The position numbers and the translations under genes were made by a program. From an uncultured virus (IMG/VR IMGVR_UViG_3300043786_001842) (lineage: Duplodnaviria > Heunggongvirae > Uroviricota > Caudoviricetes), in the IMG/VR virus record IMGVR_UViG_3300043786_001842: a stretch of 64,000 nt of DNA; one strand, given 5' to 3'. Each line of letters starts with the position of its first letter. Position 1 is the stretch's first letter. The notes below the pieces were generated by a model that worked only from the letters and a program-made list of their open reading frames with translations, was not told the origin of the DNA and did no database searches. Of the stretch, positions 19,367-30,294 are shown one piece after another.

Positions 19367-21493
19367 TCATACGTCTTCCAAATTCACAACCCGCACCGCC
19401 GGGTCGTAATTCTCGTTCTGTTTCACTTCGAGCACGATGCCGAGTCGATCGATCGCCTGGTCCTCGGTGATGATCTCGATGCCGAGCTCGCTGGCTCGCT
19501 TGTTCTTGACGGTGCCGGACGACGGCGTGTTGGTGATGAGGAAGTTCACGTTTCTGGAGATCGACCCCACCATCTTGTGACCCATCTGCTCGATCATGGT
19601 CTTGAACTCGCCCCGCTCCCACCGCTTCAGGTCGCCGGTGACGACGACTTTGTAGAAGGGGCCGGCGTAGTCGGAGCGCAGCTCTTTCGTCGCGTGGAGT
19701 CCGCCAGGGCTCGCCAGGGCCACGTCGCAGAGGGCTCGGATATCAGCAGCCTCGCGGACGATGCCCTCGAGTAGGATGCGCGCCCGCTCCGGCCCGATTG
19801 TCTTGACGAGGCTCGCGAACATGTCGCGCCGGGCGGGCGACGACTCGTCGATTTTTCGGGCAGCGTCGAGCAGCTCGTCGAGCGTCGCGACGCCGAGGGC
19901 AGTGCGCGCGAGCGTGCGCCCGACGCCGTTGATGCCGGCCGACGCCAAGATCTCCCAATCCCAGAGGCCTTGGGAGATCTTGGCCGTGATGGCCTCCGCC
20001 AGGATCTTCGCCGACTGGTCGCCGAGCCCGGGGATGGCGGCGATCGCCGCCGTCTTGGCAGGCAGTTGCCACATGTCGGCGAGCTGCCCGACGACCCCGT
20101 GCTCCACCAGCTTGAAGATCGTCTCGATCCGGACGCCGCGGACGCCGCACTTCACCATCATGCGCTCGCAACGGCCGTCCAACGGCGCGTCCACGTACGC
20201 GAAGACCCGCTCATTGCGCTCGTTGAACGTGAACTCGCAGTCGGACGGCGCGGGGAACGATGCCACCCCCTCGGGGTCTGGACCGTCTCGGTCGAGCCAG
20301 GCCAGGACGTCGCCCCGGATCTCGATGAGGATCGGGGTCCCAGGGCACAGCTTCAGCTGGTCGAAGCGCGTCATGTTGGCAATGCTCGTCCGGCTGAACG
20401 TGCGACCGTCCAGCGTGACCGGCTCGTAGTTGACGACCGGCGTGAGGCGCCCGGTGTTCCCGAGGTCCCAGTCGAGGCTGACGACCTTCGAACGGCCGAC
20501 CGCCGCGGGGAACTTGGCCGCGATGGCGTACGCCGGACAGTCGCTCACCCGGCCGCCGAGTCGCTCGACGTCGTTCTGGCTGACAAACTCGGCAACCACC
20601 CCGTCGATCATGTAGCCGAACTCCGGGCTGGAGCGCCAGAGGTGGATCTCGTCGTACGCGGCGAGCACATCTGCCTCGGACTCGCACTCGTACCAGAAGA
20701 ACGGCGTCCCGCCAGTGTTGCCGGTGAAGACCGCGGGCGTGGCCTCGTCTTCGTCGGGCGTGAACAGCTGGGCCATCATGCCGATGCGCGCGAGCCGCTC
20801 GTCCTCCAACTCGTCCCACTCCAGATCCAGCGGGACGAGGGTGACGTACTTTCGCTTCTCGGTCGGGTCGTCGGAGGACATGACCCCGGCCACCGTGTTC
20901 CTGGGGTTTCGGTAGCTCTGCCCCAGTTCCTCGTTCATGCGGTCGAGGTCGCCCCAGCTCATGACGAGCTCGTACTTCACGCCGAAGCGGTCGGCGCCGA
21001 AGTCGAAGTCGTCGCCGAAGTGGTTCTCCCCGGCGAGCAATCTGGTGACGTCGACGCCCTTGCCGTCGTCGCCCCTGGTGAGTGCCCGCACGACGCGCCC
21101 AGCACGGTCATACGTCACGACGATCGAGCAGCCGTCCCACTTCGGGGAGACGACCCAGCCGCCCTCGACGCCCTCGACGCCCGCGCGCGTCGCCCTCCAG
21201 GAATCGAGCCCGGCCCTGTCAGCGGCCTTGTCCAGCCAGTTGGCCAGGAGGGGCCAGTCCTGCTCCACCGTGGCGTGGCGGTCGGAGCGGACCAGGGTCC
21301 GCTCTCCGGTCTTGAACGCGATGCCGAACCGGGAGGTGTACGCGGCCTGGACCGCGTCGAATTCGGCATCGGTCAGCGCGCTGCTGCCGTCGCGGTAGTA
21401 GTCCTCGTTGTGCTTCTCGAGGAAGGCGAGCGAGGACTGCATGTCCCCCGACTCGATTGCGGTCATCACATCGCCGTATGCAGTCGCGCTCAT
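19367..21493 (-). CDS. ligA: NAD-dependent DNA ligase
   Basis: YY...DAEFD domain Ia, motif I SPKWDG, ALTRGDD..G.DVT, NPRN, IDGVV, OB-fold GNTGRLTPV, HhH IPGLG and C-terminal BRCT. Confidence 0.93.
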   Translation of the reverse strand: MSATAYGDVMTAIESGDMQSSLAFLEKHNEDYYRDGSSALTDAEFDAVQAAYTSRFGIAFKTGERTLVRSDRHATVEQDWPLLANWLDKAADRAGLDSWRATRAGVEGVEGGWVVSPKWDGCSIVVTYDRAGRVVRALTRGDDGKGVDVTRLLAGENHFGDDFDFGADRFGVKYELVMSWGDLDRMNEELGQSYRNPRNTVAGVMSSDDPTEKRKYVTLVPLDLEWDELEDERLARIGMMAQLFTPDEDEATPAVFTGNTGGTPFFWYECESEADVLAAYDEIHLWRSSPEFGYMIDGVVAEFVSQNDVERLGGRVSDCPAYAIAAKFPAAVGRSKVVSLDWDLGNTGRLTPVVNYEPVTLDGRTFSRTSIANMTRFDQLKLCPGTPILIEIRGDVLAWLDRDGPDPEGVASFPAPSDCEFTFNERNERVFAYVDAPLDGRCERMMVKCGVRGVRIETIFKLVEHGVVGQLADMWQLPAKTAAIAAIPGLGDQSAKILAEAITAKISQGLWDWEILASAGINGVGRTLARTALGVATLDELLDAARKIDESSPARRDMFASLVKTIGPERARILLEGIVREAADIRALCDVALASPGGLHATKELRSDYAGPFYKVVVTGDLKRWERGEFKTMIEQMGHKMVGSISRNVNFLITNTPSSGTVKNKRASELGIEIITEDQAIDRLGIVLEVKQNENYDPAVRVVNLEDV

Positions 21494-24448
21494 TCCGCAC
21501 CCCCAACTTGGGAACGCGCCGGCTGGACGGTCGCGCGGGTCGCCATCAGGGCAACGAGGATCACCGGCTCGTCGGGCCGGCGCGCGTCGGTCATCGAGCC
21601 GGAGTGCTCGCCGCCGATCTCGATGTCCTTGGTCGTCACGTCCCCGCGGTATCCCAGCTGGATGGGGGCGAGGAAGAGGGAGGAGTGATCCCTCTCGTAC
21701 ACGAAGACCTCACCACCGGCGAGGTCGCCCCGGCACAGCTGGCTGGCCGACGCCATGTCTATCTTCAGATTCATGTATTTCTCCATTTCATCAAGGTGTT
21801 TCGTCGAAAGCTTTTGTGGGTGAAACGTCTCGACGTTTCCGATCGAACAGCGAGCGCTCGCCCATATATGCCATTTTGGAACTGGCGTCGAGCACCGCGC
21901 GGACGAGATTGGTGGTCATGCGCGTGCTCTGGTCGTTACCCAGGGCGGCGACGAGGGTCTTGACCATGGGGTCCGCCGCGATGTGCTCGCTTCTTTTCCA
22001 GTCGTGATTGAACGGCCGATCGCGGTACTTCACGACGCCGTCCATGAGATGAAGCCGTCCGATCGGGAACCACTCGCCGCAGCGGTCGCACTTCGACTCC
22101 ACGAGACCCCGCTCGACCCCGTACTTGTCCGTCGGACCGCCCGAGAGGCGGAGGTCCCCGACGAATCGCCTGTCGTCGCTCTTCCCGAGCTTATGCCCGA
22201 AGAGGTTGCATAGAACGCTCATTTCGCGATCTCCTCCAGAGTCTGAAGGAGGTGAGCCTGGAACGTCGCGAACTCGCTCTTCGCCGAGTACTTCATGTAG
22301 TGATCGAAGTACCCCTCGCGCGGAGGCTGGCTCTGGACGCCGACCTCCCGACCCCCCGCCGTTTTGTAGATGGCGAGCGTGAAACAGTCGCCGTTGAACT
22401 GGTACGTTACGCAGGCCAGCTCGCCGAATTGACCGCTGTGCTCGATGCCGAGCGTCCCGGTATTGGCCCACTGGGGGCGAGACACTACCTCAAATCCGAG
22501 GCTCTCGATCTGCTTCTTGATGATCCCGAGGATCTTGTCTTGTGCTTGGCTCATAGGGTTGACTGTCGAAAGGTTAGAGATAGAAGATCCGGGTCAGATC
22601 GGACTCCGGACCACCCCGATGATATCTTTGATGCCTAGCTATTCGATCGGCCCCCAGTGCAGAACGATTCGTTCTGCACACGTATTGCTGGAGCAGGAGT
22701 TCTCGACTCTGTACCCGAGATCCCTGAAGATTTTTTCGAACGTCTCGTATGCATTCTCGTATGCATCCGTGTACGACCATTTTCCTTCGCCGAAAAGGCT
22801 GTCCAGGTGAAGGTCGGCGCTGGACAGACCTCGCTGGAAGCTCGCTTCGATTATTCCGAAGGCGTTTTGGATGACATCGTGCAAGAATGGATCGTCATCC
22901 CCCATTTCCAATACCTTGGTGATAGCATCGGAGACGCGCTTCGCCCGAGCCTGGGCTGCCCCTTCGGTAGCGTTCTTTGCCGTGATGATAAGCATTCATT
23001 TTTCCTTGCCAAAGATGGTGACGTCGGTCCACGCATCGTACTCCGCAGGACCGACGCGGTTGGTCCACCACAGACCAGTCCTCTGATCGAACGTGGCGAA
23101 TTCCTCGTTCATCGTTCCGTCCTGCTCCTGGACCTGAAGCGTGTCGCCCGCCAGTCGGACAAGCTTGAATGGGCCGCAGTCCTCAGAGTGCTTGCAGTGT
23201 TGGGTGTATTCGAATCTTACGTAGATGTCCACTTCCGTTCTCTCCTTACGGCTTCTTCCCGGCGCCCGTATTCAGCCCGCATTCTCAGAAATTTCCTTGA
23301 TACTGAGGTACTCTTCGCTGTACTTCTCGGGCTCATTGGTCGGGCAGACCGTGAAGTTCTGGTGGGCCTCCTCGATGGCGGCCGCCTCGCTGGCAGCCCC
23401 GGTGACGCGGATCGTCTTGGTGACGGTGGCCCGTATCGTTACGTCATAGCTGGGCGTATCGGCTCCTCTCGTATTCAGTCCGGCCCCCTCGCGGTGATCA
23501 GCAGGCGGTCGTAGATGATTCGCGACGAGCTCGGCGGGTTCGTCCGGCATCCGAACGAATACGTAAATTTCGCCATCCGTATTACGTTCGATGGTGGCAA
23601 TGTTTCCCATCATCGCAAATGTATCGCGGATGGTAGCATCACCATTTGCGTTCCTGGAGTCGAGGCCGTCATAGATGTATTCATCCTCCTCGAGGGTGCG
23701 CAATATGGACGCGCGGTCCCACGATTCAATTTCGAAGAAGGCTCCGTCTTCTTCTTTGGCGGGAGGTGCCTGCCCGCCGTCAAGAACGAGTACTCGCACT
23801 GTCATTGGATCCTCGCGTGATAACGTTCATTCACTTGTCGTGCCGCCGTTCCCGGCACCGCTCGCATCGCTTTCTTCCCTCGTGTAGACGTCGACGCCGT
23901 CCCAGGACTCGTACTTGGCCTGACCGGTGAGGTTCGTCCACCACAGCCCGCCCTCGGCGTCGTAGACGGCCAGCTCCCCCTCCACTTCCTCGTTCTCCTC
24001 GTTGAGCTCCCGGACCCGGAGGCCGTCGCTCCTCACTTGCGCCACGAGGAATGGCCCCATCTCCTCGGACTCCGTCTTTGCCGAGGAATCCTTGAAACGC
24101 ACAAAGACACTCATGTTGACTCCTTGTAGAGTGTAAATCAAACCTTCTTCCTGGCGCTCACCTTGACGAAGACGACCGTGGTGGGCTTCGTGTGCTCCGA
24201 CAGGAACTTCTCTGAGAGGGCGTCCCGGACGGCAGCCAGGTCCAGCGACGACCGCTCCTGCTCGACGACGACGACGCGGAACAGCTTGCCCTCGGCAGCG
24301 CCGCCGACGCCGAGGGCGTCGATGAGGGCCGCCGAGATCGTCTTGTCCCGGGTGCCGAGGTCGGACTCCGACGCGCGCAACGCGCCGAGCTCGTCAGCGA
24401 GGTCGCCGACGCTCGGGCTCTGCTGCTTCGTAACTTTCTTGGTCATGC
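21490..24448 (-). CDS. Run of small hypothetical ORFs (21490-21786, 21791-~22222, 22219-22554, 22639-22995, 22996-23232, 23272-23805, 23827-~24114, 24138-~24448)
   Basis: Consecutive - strand ORFs with overlapping start/stop codons and RBS-like sequences. Confidence 0.55.
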
Positions 24449-24543
24449 GACTTCTCCTCAGTGGGTTGGGGTCCACATTAGACCGCGCCGGGACCGATCT
24501 TCTTCCGCCACTGGAGGACGAACCGTTGGAGACTGGCCAGATC

Positions 24544-25416
24544 TCAGAACAGCTCTGCCAATTCTCGAATCCTCGTTCTGACGGAGTCGATCTCGGCTTC
24601 GCGCTCGTTCCACGGGCCCGTGTCGATCGCCTCCGTTATGTGCCGGGTCACGAGATTGGCGAGGTACTGGGGACGCAGGGCGTCGAGTTCCCAGCTCTCG
24701 CTGCCGTACCGCACCACGTAGGATTGGAACCGCGCGTCCGTCGTCTTGGCCGGGTTCGGAGGGGGGTCCTCCTCGTCGATCTGCCGCATGGTCAGCGCGA
24801 TGCGACGCAACTCGAACGAGCGCTGCCTGCTGAGGAGCATCAGGCGCTCCTCGAGGTCGCGCGTCATGTCGATCCCGGACGGGTCGTGGTCTCCGAGATG
24901 CAGGATGAGGATGTCCTGGCCCGCGGTGGACGACAGCTCGTCCTTCGCGAACTCCCGCAGGACCGACGCGCTCGGGTAGCCACGGGCGGCCAGGAGCGGG
25001 ACGTCGAACTTCGTGCACACGCGCTCGAGGACGCCGGCCAGCGCCTCCTTCTCAACGATGCAGAAGACCCGCCGCGGCTGACCCTCCCACATGTCCATGT
25101 GGTACTGGACGGCACAGGCCTTGATTATCTCGGAGCCGGACCGCCACCTGGCCCGCTTCTGGAAGCGTCTCGTCCGGTCCTCGATGGCGTCCCAGTCGAG
25201 GAGGCCGGCGAGCCGGGCGTTGTTCACCAGGCTCACCGTGTTCTTGTAGCTCCGCTCCGTGTTCGGGATGATGTCTCTGGCGACGAGCTGGTAGTACAGC
25301 TGACGCACCGTCAGCATGTATCCCTGCTCGACGTACTCGTGCATGATCCCGTCGATGGTACCGATCAGTGCCAGACTGTCCGGCCTGAATTCGGTGTGAG
25401 CGTAGAACTCCTTCAT
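24544..25416 (-). CDS. Spo11/topoisomerase VI subunit A-like (Mini-A-type) WHD-TOPRIM protein
   Basis: TVRQLYYQL (catalytic Tyr helix), TOPRIM IVEKEAL, ARGYPS, GDHDPSG and WELDAL. Confidence 0.8.
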   Translation of the reverse strand: MKEFYAHTEFRPDSLALIGTIDGIMHEYVEQGYMLTVRQLYYQLVARDIIPNTERSYKNTVSLVNNARLAGLLDWDAIEDRTRRFQKRARWRSGSEIIKACAVQYHMDMWEGQPRRVFCIVEKEALAGVLERVCTKFDVPLLAARGYPSASVLREFAKDELSSTAGQDILILHLGDHDPSGIDMTRDLEERLMLLSRQRSFELRRIALTMRQIDEEDPPPNPAKTTDARFQSYVVRYGSESWELDALRPQYLANLVTRHITEAIDTGPWNEREAEIDSVRTRIRELAELF

Positions 25417-27899
25417 GCCTGAGATTCAGGCTCTTCCAGATCCGCGTAGCCCTCCAAGTTCACGTAACGGAGCAGCTCTTTGAAGAATACTTCGAGCACC
25501 TCTTCGGGATCGGCGCTGCCGGCGAATCTCTTGACGACTTCGGACTTGTACGGACTGGTTCGGTCGTACTCGACGGTCACGTATACGGACCCCGAGCGCA
25601 CAACCTGGAGCATGAGCTTCTCGTCCCCCTTGAAATCGCCCTCGACCGGATAGCCGAGGGCGATGACGATCTTGTTGGGGGCCGGGCTCCCGAGCCATGT
25701 CGTGATCTTGTCGAAGTCGATGGTCATCACCTTCGTGCCGCGGCGCATGGTGATGCGCGAGAGGAAGTCCTTGTTTTTCTCCAGCTCCTTCATGATGCCG
25801 GCGAATACTTCACGGGTCTCCTCCTCCTCGATGCGCTGGACATCGGCTGCGTGTCGGCGCGCGGCCAGCGTGAGTTTGGCCATGTGTTTGAGACTTGTCA
25901 TACGTTTTTCGTCCTTGCGTAGGTTGTGTGATCGCAGACCCGCAAAACGGGTCTGCGGTGGAGGCTCCTCAGAGCCGTTGGCTGTTCACAAAAAGATGAT
26001 ATAAGCACCAATCGGCAATATGGAAAGAAGCCCCGCAGGGCTTCTTTCTCTCCGTCAGAAATTACCGATGTGGGTCACTTGGGCGTGGGCTCTCGCCGCC
26101 AACCCTGCGGGACGTCGTAGCAGAGGAAGTAGTCGTGTGGTGCGAGCCCGCCATCCTCCTCGGGGAAGACCTCGCTGAGGTCGCCGCAGTTCGGCACGCA
26201 CGGGCTGCAGAGCCTGGCGTGCACCGTCCTTGGGGACTCGAACACCCACAGGAGCTCGGCAGCGCCGAGCGTGGTGGTCTGCACCCGCAGCTTTCCACCC
26301 TCGATCTGGGCCTCGTAGTAGAAGACCTCGTCCTCGACGCAGTCCGACCACCGCTCGATCCGTCGCGCGATCTCGTCGTCGGCGTCGTCGGCGTCGAGCT
26401 GCTCGGCCTCCACCATGGCATCGACGTCCTTCCTGATCTCAGCCATGGCATCCGCGTAGCTGAGATTCTCTCCGTTGCTCCGAACGCGCTCGACGATTTC
26501 CGGCTTGAGGAGTGCGGCCTGGATGATCCCGTAGCGGATGCCCGTCTCCGGATTGACGTTGCTGTTCATCTCGCCACCTCCGTGTCGCTCGCTGCCGCAC
26601 CGTGCTTCGCGATGAACTCCTCGGGGGTCCAAGTGGAGACGCCATTTTCCAACTTGAGGAGGTACTCGAGCGTGAATACCCCGGGAGTACAGTGGAGGAT
26701 AGTTTGGCGGATCCCGATGACGTCGCCAGACTGGTACGTGGCCTTGACCCGCTCCCCCATCCGAAACTTCGGCATGGGGGCTTTCGAGAAGGGTGACTTC
26801 ACGTCTGCTTCGTACTGGCGGTAGTTCATCCACTCCTGCTCGCCGACGTTGCGCCCGACGACCGGGTTCACGACGTCGGGGGGCGTCATCGGGACCTGCA
26901 CGAAGAGGTCGAGGTCGCCCTGACCGGCGGACCGCACCAGCTCGACGCGGTGGGCGCCTCGGTCCGCGTACTTTGTGAAGTCCTCGACGGCCCAATCCAT
27001 GCGGTCGCGCGATTCCCACAGTCGACCGATTCGGTCACTCATGCGTGTTTCTCCTTCTTGAATTGATGAATTCCGTTGGCCAGAATCACAATGGTCCTTC
27101 CGTCCACCCCTTCGAGCGACTGAAGGATTTTTCTGATCTGGAAGTGCGGTTGTGTCTCTCCATCTCCAGCACGCACGCTCTTTCTCTTGGACCAGCGCAC
27201 CGTGTTCGTCTTCCAGTGCTTCGGCAGCAGATCGCGAAGGCCGATGGAATACATGTCGCGCGTGACGAACAGGTGGTCGGTCTCCCTGATGATCTCCAGC
27301 ACGATCGGCTGGGAGAATCTGGAGGCGAGATTCGGACGCTCATTGACGAGTAAGTATTTTGTTGTCATATTGAGCGACGGTGGAGCTACCCACCGTCGGA
27401 ACGTGTGTTAGAAACCGAGGTCGGCGAGCGTCAGGCCGAGAGCGGCCAGGACGGCCGTCAGGTTCACAGCCGGGTCGCGCTCTTCGACGATGGCGCGGGC
27501 GGCAGCGAGTCGCTGCTGGGGGGACAGCGACATCGGTGGGACCTGTTCGAACGGACCGGCCAGACCGGCTCGCTCGAGGTTGGTATTGAGCGCGGCTCCG
27601 GTGTAGCCCGGGTCAGAGACGACTACGACGCCAGCGATCTCCCCGTTCACCTTCACGATGATTGGGAGGCCAGCCAGACCGGTGCTCCTGCCGCCACCGT
27701 TCACGGCCTCGTGCGGGTACAACGCTCCGAGGTAGACCATGCCACCGTCCTGGCGGGCGATTGCCGCGGGCGCTGCCAACTCCGCCGCGGGCGCTGGCTC
27801 GGGGTCCTCCGGTTGGAGGAACGACGCGAACTCGGGCTCCTCGTTCTGCGCTGCTGAATCGATGGACTCGATTGGTGGGTAATGTGGCTTCTTGCTCAT
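25413..27899 (-). CDS. Run of hypothetical ORFs (25413-25901, 26075-~26568, 26566-27042, 27039-27368, 27408-27899)
   Basis: Packed ORFs, several with ATGA overlaps. Confidence 0.55.
26026..26048. terminator. Hairpin terminator
   Basis: AAGAAGCCCC-GCA-GGGGCTTCTT. Confidence 0.65.
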
Positions 27900-30225
27900 T
27901 CATGATCCTCTTCAGGTGTGTTTTCGAGGCGCAGTCCGATGGCCTCGAACAGTGCTCGCAGGCCGGCGACCGGCCGGGTGACGCCGCTGCCGCGCGGCTC
28001 GATCCTCTCCACCGAGAACGGGTCTTGGCGTAGGAGGAGGTCGGCGATCATGCCCTCTCGGCTGACGTCGTCCGTCGCGTAGAGGCGCAGGAGCCGCTGT
28101 AGCTCGTCCGGCTCGTTGGCGATCAGGAGGTTCTGCAATTCTTGTTCGCCAAGCCTGATGGGCGTGCTGGAGTGGTGCTCAGTGTTGCCCCGGATGCCCC
28201 TGGAGTTCTTCGTCGGCACCCCTCCGATGGACAGGTGCTTCGCGGACCGGGCGGAGAACTTGCCAGTCGGCTCGTGCCGGAGCTTTATGTAGTAGTTCCA
28301 GCCGAGAACCATCGGCTCCTCGATTCCGACAAAGCGGTCGCGCTCGATCCCGAGGCGGGCGTACGTCTCGTGGAGCCCCTCCAGAGAGATGACGCCGTGG
28401 AACGGGGGCTGGTGGATGAAGATCGGCTCCCATCCGGTGACCACTTCCTCCACCATCGCACGGGCGTCGTCTGGCCCGACGTTGGCCCGCATCCACGCAG
28501 CCTGAGCGGGCGATGTCATCTCGAGGAAGGTCATCATCCGCTCGTACGCCTCCTCCGGCGTCGGGTCCGCCCGCATCGCCGTGGCGACCTTGCCCGCCAG
28601 GAAGTTCAGCTCGCACTCGTACAGCTGGGCCGGGTTCAGGCGGTTCACCACGCCGAGACTGTTCACCACCAGCTCGGCGCGCTCTCCGCCGACCGTCGTC
28701 GGCATCTCCGCGTCGGGGCGGATTTCCGCGATGACTCCTTTACCACCATCGTTTGTGTTCCATGCGAATCGCAACTTCGCACGCGTCCTCCCCGTCATCG
28801 GTGGGGCGACTGCCTCCGCTTTCACGGAGGACCAGACTATATCACGGTCTCGCTCATGCGCGAGACCCCTCCTGTTTCCGCCCGCTTGGGCGTACTCTAC
28901 TCGGTTCGCCTTTCGGCGCCTTTCGATAGTCGTTGGACCTTCGTCCTATAGGACGCTTGGCTGCTGATTACCCAATCCCCGCTTTCTCGGACCATCACGC
29001 TCGCTTTTACAAGCCACGTTGTGGTAGAAGGGCTTCAGGGCGTCCCAGCAATTAAGGAGGTTTTCACCGAAGGGTCACCCCCTCGGGCGGCAATTTTTTA
29101 CCGATTGGAGATCTTCGATCCATTGATGATCTTATTCCGGCGGGCGATCGTGAAGATCAGCACGGTGCCGTCGAACTCGCTCTTGTCGTACCGCCACTTC
29201 CGCTCCGTCGCGTTCGAGCAGCGGCGGTGCCAGTAGGCGACGTCCGCCGTGTAGCCCGTTCCGGCCTGCCCCTGCATGTACGGCCCGAAGGTCGCCGTCA
29301 CCCACTCGCGGAACTCGCGCGCCCGGACCTCGTAGCCGAGCATCTGCGCGTGGAAGCCGTGTTTCTCGAGGTCGGTCTCCGACTGGTTCGAAAATACGTC
29401 GATGTCCATGACCACGCCGTCGCTGTAGAACGGCGTATCGATATCCCAGTTTATCTGCGAGAGCTGGGGGGTCGACAGGTCGAACAGTATGGACTCGTGG
29501 TTGATCCGCCGCCGCGCCAGCAGGACGCCGTCGTGGATTTCCTCCCCGACGTCCGGGAAGCCCCGGTGGTCGCCGTCGCTGCCGTAGAGGTTGACCAGCA
29601 GGTCGTTGGCGTTCAGAGTCACGGCGACCTTCTCGACGCTGGTGTGGGCGAGGCGCTCGGCCGCCGACTCCGATATCACGAGCCCGTCCTCGTACGTCAG
29701 GCCGTCGAGGTTCATGTAGACGGTGCGGAGATTGACGCCGTACATGAAGTTCCCGTCTGCGTCGTGGCACGGCCATCCCTGCATCACGAAGTCGGCCGGA
29801 AGCTCGGCTTCGGCGCCCTGCGGGGCCTCGTCCATCGCCTTGTTCAGCGCCGAGTTGTCCAGTAGGTAGCCGTAGGACTCGGTCAGGTGGTGGGCTGGGG
29901 CCGCGAAGTGGATGGCAGCCGTGCCGTCGGCGTACTCCAGAGCGTAGATGCGCTGGAGAGGGTTCTTCTGGAAGAAGCCGATGACCCGGGCGTCCTGGGG
30001 GACCGTCCTGACGGCGGTGGTGTACGAGCCGAACTTGTTCTCGAATCGCGAAAAGACGCGCGGGCGCTCGGGTGCGTCGAGCACGACCGTCTGGCCGATG
30101 TGCGAGCAGAACATATTTGTGCGACCGCCGTCGCACCTGTTGACCATCGGTTGAAGCAGCTCCTCCGCGAGGAAGTGGTGGTTCCCATCGAAGTCTTCGT
30201 GGTCGCGGATTACTGTGCCTGGCAT
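27896..30225 (-). CDS. rpoB: Multisubunit RNA polymerase beta subunit, C-terminal half (non-virion type); exons 30225-29100 and 28749-27896
   Basis: R.NMFCSH.GQ, GVNLRTVY...YEDGLVIS, spliced GSKISNRYGGKGVI, NSLGVVNRLN, YIKLRH and IRLGEQE. Spliced CDS is 660 codons. Confidence 0.9.
28750..29099 (-). mobile_element. Group I intron, ORF-less (350 nt), in rpoB
   Basis: AATTGCTGGGA, AATCAGCAG, CCAACGACTAT and GATATAGTC. Junction CGG T|AT GGT restores R-Y-G-G-K. Confidence 0.9.
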
Positions 30226-30294
30226 TCGTTCCTCCTGATTGGCCGCCGGGAGTCCCGGCGGCAGAATGATATCGACTTACCGAGTCGCCTCGGT

